In this document: piece by piece, positions 55,126 through 64,000 of the stretch | Position numbering within the stretch: the first letter of the stretch is position 1 | Layout: each line of letters begins with the position of its first letter | Assembly (NCBI RefSeq): GCF_009914755.1 | Contig: NC_060929.1 | From: the human T2T-CHM13v2.0 reference genome, Homo sapiens | Length of the DNA stretch: 64,000 bases | Strand: one strand, 5' to 3' | Notes under the pieces: model-generated | Told to the model about the DNA's origin: nothing | What the model saw: only the letters and a program-made list of their open reading frames with translations | Databases searched by the model: none | Position numbers and translations under genes: made by a program

Positions 55126-55479
55126 TGTCTTAGTTTGGGTTGCTATAGCAAAAATAGCATAGACTGGGTGCTTGAACAACACAAATTTATTTCTCACAGT
55201 TCTGGAGGCTGGGAAGTCTAAGATCTAGGTGCCAGTCTGTTCAGTTCCTGGAGAGAGTCCTCTTTGTGGTTTCTGATGGGTGACTTCTTGCTGTGTCCTC
55301 ACATGGTAGAGAGAGATCATTTTTTTCCTGTGACTTTTTATGAGGGCTGATCCCATTTATGAGGGCTCCAACCCTCATGACTAACACCCCCATAAAGCTC
55401 TTCCTCCTCATATCATCTCACTGGAGATTAGGATGTCAATGTATGAATTTGGGGTAACACACACATCCAGTCCACAGCA
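55126..55479 (-). mobile_element. MLT1A-like solo LTR
   Basis: TGTCTTAGTTTGGGTTGCTATA...ATTTATTTCTCACAGTTCTGGAGGCTGGGAAGTC...ATGAATTTGGGG...CAGTCCACAGCA. Confidence 0.88.
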
Positions 55480-55931
55480 TCATCTCTCTGTGTCTCCTTC
55501 TGCAGCCACCTCAGCTGTGCCATCCCCAAGCTGCTTCCACAGGCTGCTGCACACAAAGTACAAAAACACCACTGTGTCTCTGTGACTCCAAGGATCTTGG
55601 TCATGATTTGACAGTCGCCCAAATCGCTTATGTAATATTTTACATCATAATCAATGCACTTTTTCAGATTACCTGGTGACTTTATTAAGATACTTCTGTA
55701 GTGAAAAATTGCATAATAAAATTTACGTTCCAAGATTATCAAACTCCTTTAATGGATGACTTGCAGAATACTCTCTCTTCTTCAATCTTCTGGTTCATTC
55801 CAAGGGACCAAACCTTTCTCCAGCTTTGATCTTTAACTTAAAATTTCAAACAGGAATAGCCTTGTTAAGTTTATGCTAATTGAAACAAATAACAGCATTG
55901 TCGATTTATCAGGACAAGAGTGTATTTGATG

Positions 55932-56011
55932 TTCTGTTAGAATGCTGCTCACTGGACCTTGCATTGGAACACTGCTCACTGGACTTTCTGTTGAATACTT
56001 CTCACTGGATC
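55932..56011. repeat. Degenerate tandem repeat, 27 bp x 3
   Basis: CTCACTGGA recurs at a spacing of about 27 bp. Confidence 0.75.
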
Positions 56012-56404
56012 ATAAGGCGCTCTTTTCTGAGGTTTCTGCCAGGTCTACTCACTGAGCACTGGGCTTTTTAAAACTTTCTCTTTGCAGAAGAAACACGCAT
56101 TTCAGAGTGTCCTCACACAGAGGTAGATACTTTTCCTCTCTCTGTCTCCATTGGCCAAAATTAGATTTTGCAATTTTAGCACTTCTCTAAATAAAGAATA
56201 GTTTGCTTCCTGGCTGAATAACAAACTTCATAAAATAATGATTAATAACTAAAGCTGTTTTGTCATATCTAAGGTTTCATGATATCTCTGGGTTTTAGCT
56301 AATATTTTCCATTTGGTAACACAACTCTGACTGGATGGAGTAGAGTCACCTCCTCATTGGGTTTGAATGTTCACACTTCTCTAACCATAGTAGAATTGGA
56401 TTGG

Positions 56405-58677
56405 TGTATTAGTCAGTTTTCATGCTGATGATAAAGACATACTTGAGACTGGGAAGAAAAAGAGGTTTAATTGGACTTACAGTTCCACATAGCTGGGGAG
56501 GCCTCAGAATCATGGTGGGAGGTGAAAGGCACTTCTTACATGGTGGCAGCAAGAGAAAATGAGAAAGATGCAAAGGTGGAAACCCCTGATAAAACCATCA
56601 GATCTCATGAGAATTATTCACTATCACGAGACCAGTATGGGGGAAACCGCCTCCATAATTCAAATTATCTCCTACCATGTCCCTCCCACAACACATAGGA
56701 ATTATGGAAGCACAATTCAAGATGAGATTTGGGTGGGGACATAGAGCCAAACCATATCATTCCACCCCTGGCCATTCCAAATCTCATGTCCTCACATTTC
56801 AAAACCAATCATACCTTCCCAAGAGTCCCCCAAAGTCTTAACTCATTTCAGGATTAACCCAAAAGTCCACAGTCCAAAGTCTCATCTGAGACAAGGTAAG
56901 TCCCTTCTGCATATGAGCCTGTAAAATCAAAAGCAAGCTAGGTACTTCCTAGATACAATGAGGGTGCAGGTATTGGGTAAATACAGCCATTTCAAGTGGG
57001 AGAAATTGACCAAAACAAAAGGGTTACAGGGCCCATGTAAGCCCAAAATCCAGTGGGGCAGTCAAATTTTAAAGCTCCAAAATGATCTCCTTTGACTCCA
57101 GGTCTCACATCCAGGTCACACTGATGCAAGAGGTGGGTTCCCATGGTCTTGGCCAGCTCCACCCCTGTGGCTTTGCAGTGTACAGCCTGCCGTCCAGATG
57201 CTTTCATGGGCTGGCATTGAGTGTCTGCAGCTTTTACAGGTGAACGGTGTAAGCGCTTGGTGGATCTACCATTCTGGGGCCTGGAGGACAGTGGCCCTCT
57301 TCTCACAGTTCCACTACTCAGTGCCCCAGTAGGGACACTGTGTGGGGGCTTCAACCCCACATTTCCCTTCAGCACTGCCCTAGCAGAGGTTCTTCATGAG
57401 CGCCCTGTCCCTGCAGCAAACATCTGCCTTGCTATCTAGGCTTTTCCATACATCCTCTGAAATCTAGACAGAGGTTCCCAAACCTCAGGTCTTGACTTCT
57501 GTGCACCCACACGCTCAACACCATGTGGAAGCTGCCAAGGCTTGCAGCTTTCATCCTCTGAAGCCACAGCCCCAGCACTACAGTGGCCCCTTTCAGCCCT
57601 GGCTGCAGGGGCTGGGACACAGGGCATAGAGTCTCTAGGCTGTAAACAGCATGGGGACCCTTGGCCCAGCCCACAAAACTATTTGGCCTAGGCCTCCAGG
57701 CCTATGATGGGAGGGGCTGCCACGAAGGCCTCTGAAATGTCCTGGAGACATCTTCTCCATTGTCTTGGGGATTAACATTTGGTTCCTTATGACTGATGCA
57801 AATTTCTGTAGCTGGCTTGAATTTCTCTACAGAAAATGGGTTTGTATTTTCTATCATAATGTCAGGCTTCAAATTTTTCAAATTTTATACTTTGCTTCCC
57901 TTATAAAACTGATTGCCTTCAACAGCACCCAAGTTACATCTCGAGTGCTTTGCTGCTTAGAAATTTCTTCTGCCAGATATTCCAAATTATCTCTCTCAAG
58001 TTCAATGTCCTGCAAATCTCTAGGGCAGGGACAAAATGCACCCAGTCTCTTTGCTGAAACATAACAAGAGTCACCTTTGCTCCAGTTCCCAACTAATTCC
58101 TCATCTCCATCTGAGACCACCTCAGCCTGGACCTTATTGTCCATATCACTATCAGGCTTTTGGTCAAAGCCATTCAACAAGTCTCTAGAAAGTTCCAAAC
58201 TTTCCCACATTTCTTCCTTTCTTCTGAGGCCTCCAAATGGTTCCAACCTCTGCCTGTTACCCAGTTCCAAAGTCACTTACCCATTTTTGGGTATCTTTTC
58301 AGCAATGCCCCACTCCCGGTACCAATTTACTATATTAGTCCGTTTTCATGCTGCTGATAAAGACATACCTGAGACCGGGTAATTTACAAAAGAAAGAGGA
58401 TTAATTGGACTTACTGTTCCACATGGCCAGAGAGGCCTCAGAATCATGGCAGGAGGCAAAAGGGACTTCTTGCATGGTGGTGGCAAGAGAAAATGAGAAA
58501 GATGCAAAAGTAGAAACCCCTGATAAAACCATCAGATCTCGTGAGACTTATTCACTACCATGAGAGCAGTATGGTGGAAACTGCCCCCGTGAATCAAATT
58601 GTCTCCTACCGGGTCCCTCCCACACCACATGGGAATTATGGGAGTATAATTTAAGATGAGATTTGGGTGGGACACAG
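56405..58677 (-). mobile_element. Near-complete THE1A MaLR element (LTR - internal - LTR)
   Basis: 3' LTR at 56405-56759, internal region at 56760-58330 with the degenerate MaLR ORF (MDNKVQAEVVSDGDEELVGNWSKGDSCY), and 5' LTR at 58331-58677 missing its terminal ~15 nt. Confidence 0.95.
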
Positions 58678-58848
58678 GTATTTCATGCCATTTGTTTTGT
58701 GCTTCATTTCAGAGATTGTACAATATTATAATAGCTACCAAATAGGTTTAAAATACTTTCAAGTTTATTTGATTCATATGTATATTTGTATAATCAGTTA
58801 ACTTGGACTCATTTGTTTCCAATTTGTTTACATCTAAAAAGTAAGCTA

Positions 58849-59128
58849 TGTCCAGGTGCAGTGGCTCACACCTGTAATCCTAACACTTTTTGAGGCCGAG
58901 GTGGGCAGATCATTTGAGGTCCAGAGTTCGGGACCAGCCTGAAATCCTGTCTCTGCTAAAATAAATAAATAAATAAATAAATAAATGCAAAAATTATCCA
59001 GGTGTGGTGCTGTGTGACTGTAGCTCCAGCTACTCCCAGGAGGTGGAGGTTGCAGTGAGCCAAGATGGTGCCATTTCACTCCAGCCTGGGCAACAGAGTG
59101 AGACCCTGTCTCCAAGAAAAGAAAAAGG
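58849..59128 (+). mobile_element. Old Alu (J/early S) with internal deletions and a (TAAA)n linker
   Basis: Alu left and right arms with two deletions. TSD AAAAGTAAG(C/T)TA at 58837 and 59129. Confidence 0.92.
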
Positions 59129-59374
59129 AAAAGTAAGTTACAATTTAAAGTAATTGTCATAGATTATATTTTGATTTTTATTATAAGGTAATATCTTCAT
59201 TAATGAGTAAAAATCATAGTTTTCCACAGGTAATAAATTCTATAAAAAGTTTGTGGGCTGTTGGCTCTTCTATGAAATACTTGAAGCCTAGAACATACAG
59301 TTTTCCACCTTAATTTCAAAAATAAATGAGGCCAATAGCATTTTCAAGAACACAGAAATTAATCACTAACTTTG

Positions 59375-59854
59375 TGCACTATTTTTGTTTTGTGGCTGTA
59401 ACAAATGACCACAAATTTGGGAGCTAAAGCAACATGTATTGATTGTGTTACTGGTCTAGAGATCAGAGTCTGGAGTGGGTCTTGCTGGACTAAAACCGAG
59501 GTGTCCACAGGGCAGCATTCCTCTCCGGGGGCACTTGAGGAGAACCTGATTTCTGGCCTTTCTGGCTTCTAGAGGTGGCTGCATTCCTTGGCTCCTGGCT
59601 CCTTCCTCCATCCGCAAAGTCAGCAGTGCTGGGTTGAGCTCCTCTCAGATCCCATCCCTCCATCCTCCCCTTCTGCCTCCCATTTCCACTTAGAAAGACC
59701 CTGTGATTATATTGGGGCCACCTGGATTGTCCAGGATAATCTCCCCATCTCAAGCTCTTTAATCATATTGGCAAAGTCTCTTTTCCCTTTTAATTCATAG
59801 TCACAGGTTCTGAGAATCTAGACATCTTTGGTGGTCATTACTCTGCCCATCACA
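59375..59854 (-). mobile_element. MLT1D solo LTR
   Basis: GCTGTAACAAATGACCACAAATTTG...GCTTCTAGAGGTGGCTGCATTCCTTGGCTC...CCAGGATAATCTCCCCATCTCAAG...TCTGCCCATCACA. Confidence 0.88.
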
Positions 59855-59889
59855 TTGTATTTATGCAATACTTTATTATTTTTTTTCAT

Positions 59890-60620
59890 TCTTTCAAAGT
59901 GACACGTAAACCCAGGTGAAGATCAGGGAAGGAGGTTCCCACTAGCTCTAGTTGAGGTACATGGGATATTGGTGGCACTGCCTGAACAGTGCTCCACAGA
60001 GGAGTCAACACTTGAATCAGAAGAGAATTGCTGGGATCGTGACTAGCAGGTGCAAAGGAATGGCATCGCCATGCTACGTGGCCACACTTGGGACATTGTA
60101 GGTGGCTTGGCCAAGGTGCAATGGGAGGAAGAATGAGGCCAGAGAGACAGGCCTTGTGCAGATCAGGAAGGAGCTTGTCACATGTCCTGTGCAGACTGAA
60201 CTTTATGCACACTGAGGGGCACTCAAGAGATCCCAAGCAGTTGAAAACATGAACAGATTTTCACTTTGGAAAGATAACTTGGGCAGTTGTTTGGAGGCTG
60301 GGTCAGAGCAGTGCAAGGGAGAGAGCAGGAAATCAAGTAAGAGATGATCTCAGTCATCCTGAAGAGATGGAGAGCTATAATTAAAGCCTGAGAATGGAGC
60401 AGAGGGCTCAAGTCCACTTGAAGAGGTAAAAACGCATGGCTTGAGGAGAGCTGTAACAGGAGTCATGAGGAGAGGGGGTGAGGAGGGCCTATTGCTCAGA
60501 CCCCTGTCCTGGCTGGCTGGTGGAGACAAGACCACTGGCCAGAATGGGGGAATAAATCTGGGGGCAAGGCTAGGAACTGGTTTGGTCATACTGGGTCTGA
60601 GACCTCTCTGGGACACTCAG
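59890..60620 (-). mobile_element. L2 LINE remnant
   Basis: Purine-rich antisense L2 motifs GCAGGTGCAAAGG, GAGGCCAGAGAG and TTTGGAAAGATAACTTGGGCAG. Confidence 0.6.
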
Positions 60621-60779
60621 GCTGAATGGACCATGAGGCTGCATCATTGCGGGATCTGATGGGGTACAGACTTAAGAATCACCAAAGGGTCACTGGAAAG
60701 AGAATAGGGAGCTTCAGAAATGTCCCACAGGACAATAGGAAAAGGAGGCTCTGGATACTCAGGTGTCAGCCATGGTTTC

Positions 60780-61111
60780 TAAAGTCCAAAGTTTCAGTTA
60801 AACAACAGGAATGAGTTCTGGAGATCGAATGTGCAGCATAGTGACTACAGTTAACGATCTTCTATTAAATCCTTGAAATGTGCTAGTAGGGTAGATCTTT
60901 ACATGTGTTCTCACCACAAGAAAAAAAGAAAGAAAATGGTAACTAAACAAGGTAAGGAAGATTTTAATTAGCTTGATTGTGGTGACTATTTCACAATGTC
61001 TACATATATCGAAACATCAAGTTGTACACCAGAAATCTATGGAACTCCTATTTGTCAATGTATGCCTGAATAGAACTGGAAAAAATAAAGGAAATTAAAA
61101 AAAGAGAAAAA
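60780..61111 (+). mobile_element. L1MA9-like 3' end
   Basis: AAAGTTTCAGTTA...GTTCTGGAGATC...CAGCATAGTGACTA...TTAATTAGCTTGATTGTGGT...ACATCAAGTTGTACACC. TSD CCATGG(T/A)TTC at 60770 and 61112. Confidence 0.88.
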
Positions 61112-61526
61112 CCATGGATTCCAACCCTCGAGAAAATGCACTTAAAGTGTTGACCAAACTTTTAGGTGGTCTCTGAATATTCTAAAGCCTGAACAGCATA
61201 AGAATTTCTGTTTAAAGGTAACTGAATGTGTGTAATGCCTGTGTGGGGTGAGAACAATTCAGCTTCCCTCTCAGCGAGCAGTGTCTCCTGCTGATGACTA
61301 GTTACAGAAGCTGAGTCCGCAGTGGAGACTCTTTCTGCATGCATGTTATGCTTGCTGTGTTTAGGGCTTCTACCAGGTCAGCTCATGTTCACATTGAATT
61401 TATAACCATTAGCAGCTCAACATTGTAATAAAAAAATTTCACAGTAAAATAAAATGAAGTAGTGAACTGAGTTCTGTCTTCACTTGCTAGCTTTCAAATC
61501 TCTCTGCATATCTATTATGTTCATTT

Positions 61527-61613
61527 CCTTCCTGTTTCTCACAACTTCCTGCTACTCACAACTTCCTGTAGATCACAACTTCTTCCTTCTCACAATTTTC
61601 TGTGTTTTACAAT
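61527..61613. repeat. 17-bp-period tandem repeat (4-5 copies)
   Basis: TCACAA starts at 61539, 61556, 61573 and 61590. Confidence 0.85.
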
Positions 61614-64000
61614 GAGTGGCTTGAAAGACCTAGGCCTTGTTTTGGCTTTGTGTCCACAGGATGTCACTAAGATACCATGAGCTTCATTGGACATCTATTT
61701 TAGCAAATACCTGCCACATTGGAGCCCCTCTGCCTAATCCATCCTTTGTCCTTCGGGCTTGGGCTTTTTTCTTGTGCCACCCAAGACTTTTAGGATAATG
61801 CCCTAATACTTGGTTATTGTAGTACAGAACCCACAACAACAAAAAAAGCTTTGAAGTTTTAAAAGTTGTTGAGAAACAAACTTCCAATCTCTCTTAGCTG
61901 CAATAAACCTTCTACAGAGAAACAAATTCTACCACCTAAAAGGGAAGAAAAACATAACCACCTAAAAGGTGGTTACTCAATCCGTTTTTAAATGTGTAAT
62001 CAATAAAACCTACTAACTTATTGTTTCTGGGTTACCTTTAAAATGGTACCAAGGAAAGGGCCTATGTACATTAATGTATGCAAATAATTCAGGATTTAAC
62101 AACAGCATGAAGTTTTTCTCAAAGGAAGAAACACAAACAGATGCTTTCTCATATGCTCTCCAATTTATCACTGTATTCTCTTAAACTCTGGGGTGTTGCA
62201 TTTTAGGGTCCTATTAAATAAATCAAAAGGGAATATTATCTGGAATTAGGAACCAGGCAGGACCACGGCTAAAATTAATTCACCATAGTAATCTCCTCCT
62301 AAGAAACTCCCCTGAGGGAAAACATTATACGCCCATTTCTGTGGGCAGAGATTTAAATATATCTCCCCTATTAGTTTTACATGCCTAAATCCCCATGCAT
62401 TAAAATAAAAATATATCTGTCCTCTCAGAAGAGAAACCTGGAAGTCTGTACTGACCTCTAAATGAATCCAATTAAATTTAATCAAGTTACACATCTATGT
62501 TTTAGAGTCCCATTGAATATTTGAGAGAGAAAACTGGTCTAAAGAGAGATGTGCCCACATACATTTCCAAACATTTCAACCCTTGCCTTGCCAATGGAAG
62601 GAAAACCCAAACTGAGGGCTATCAACACAGACACATGCACGCAAAAATCCAATCATCCCAACCCCTTCATCTTGAAGCTACACATGCAAACATAATAACT
62701 GTGTTCAACAGAAGTGTTGTTAAACATTGGTACCGAAATTCCATTTCATTTCACCTCCAGTGGGTTTGGGGTGGGGGGCACCAAGCATGGTTGGGTTCGT
62801 TGAAGATAATATGATACGGAGCTAGAAGCCCTCCTCGGATTTCAAACAGGTCAACTTGTCAAAGCTTTATTTGGGAGCCAATTACATTAATTTTCCACAG
62901 CAGCCAAATACATATTTCATTTCCATCTCCCACCAGAGATGGGGTCCAGGGATCCTGTTTCGAAAGGCTCTTATCACTAAGTAACATTCATACCCCCAGA
63001 GGAACCCTTGGCAGCCGGTGGCCCATTGATGTGATTGCACCAGGCCCGGGCTGCCGGATGCTGCTGGGGAGCAGTCGCAGCCTCAGACGCTTAGGGACAA
63101 TGGGGTTTCCACGTCAGCCACATTGTCAATAAATTTCAATTACTGCTAATTGCCAGGAGTTCAATGAGTGCACTTTGAAAGGGGGGAGAAAGGAATATAA
63201 AAAAAGGGAGCTTATGCCTCATAGGGCTAAAGAAAAGGAAGTAATAAATAATATGTGTTTTCTAATGGGGGTATTCAAGTATTTTTCAACATGGCTTAAC
63301 CAGATTTTACAAGCTGTTCCAGCTTCAGGGATCCTGGCTTACATTTCTGTTACTGTCTCCCAACAACGTATACAGAAACTCAATTATGTGGCATTGTATT
63401 GCAGGGGAGATTTAATTTCTGCTTTTTCTTTTTTCACACATCGATCTACCCTGCTTGGGCAGACAGGACGCTGAGTGCATTTGGTGAGGCCATTTTCACA
63501 AACAAATGTGGCTGCTTTAAAAACTAACCCAGAGGATGACAGGAAACTCAGGGTGATGTGTCCTGTTACACATCCTCAAAAAATGAGGACCTTGGAGAAG
63601 AAAACCCGGCAGTGTGCTTGCTCATGGTCACATTTTCATGTTAAAGCCAGGTCGCTTGGCGGTGAACTGTTTTTGTAACGTCCTGGGATCGTGATCCATT
63701 TGTCAGGATCATTCATCATTTCTCACTCATTTTGGTCCCCCCAGGAAAAGAGAGAACAAAGGGTAGGAATGGTTTTCAAGAAGTTTAGGAACGCTGGTGG
63801 CTTTCCGAAGCCTGCTTAGCACCATGGAACCAACCGGAGCAGCAGCCCAGGAAGATCAGGACCGAAGGAAGCTCTCTCCCTGAGGCTGGTGAGCGGAGAT
63901 CAAAGAACCTGGAGGACGTTCACACACTGCATGCGTTTACGTGGCTTGACCCACTTGCTGAAACCTTGGCTGTCTGGACCATAATGAGGCCAAGATGGCT

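Noticed and set aside
57878-58276. THE1 internal ORF as a functional gene
   Set aside because: It is a fragment of the degenerate MaLR internal ORF, broken across several frames.
46830-61551. Identical 16-mer TTCTCACAACTTCCTG at 46830 and 61536
   Set aside because: One 16-mer match among all position pairs in 64 kb is about what chance predicts, and the match does not extend.
63814-63880. REST/RE1-like motifs (TTAGCACCATGGAACC, TCAGGACCGAAGGAAG)
   Set aside because: The right half-site GGACAG is not matched and the spacing is non-canonical.

Overview
This is great-ape (human-like) non-coding genomic DNA, either intergenic or from a large intron. I see no cellular protein-coding gene, tRNA, rRNA or CRISPR array. 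Nearly all long ORFs belong to LINE-1 or MaLR repeats, or are chance ORFs. The left 28 kb is repeat-dense: it has a 5'-truncated L1PA15-like element (7.9-11.3 kb) and a full-length but inactivated L1PA2 (16952-22960) with a perfect 16-bp TSD, plus old L1M remnants, MaLR/ERV1 solo LTRs and Alus. The stretch from 28 to 49 kb is mostly unique, AT-rich sequence with several clusters of developmental transcription-factor motifs that look like distal enhancers. The right end has a near-complete THE1A element and more MLT, L2, MIR and L1MA remnants. I find no evidence for a new biological system. The most notable oddities are a stop-loss extended L1 ORF0 (150 aa) that ends in extra bases at the L1 5' junction, a 71-bp locally templated insertion flanked by a 9-bp duplication, discordant LTRs on the THE1A element, and the candidate enhancers. 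Repeat subfamily names come from remembered consensus sequences and should be confirmed with RepeatMasker/Dfam.
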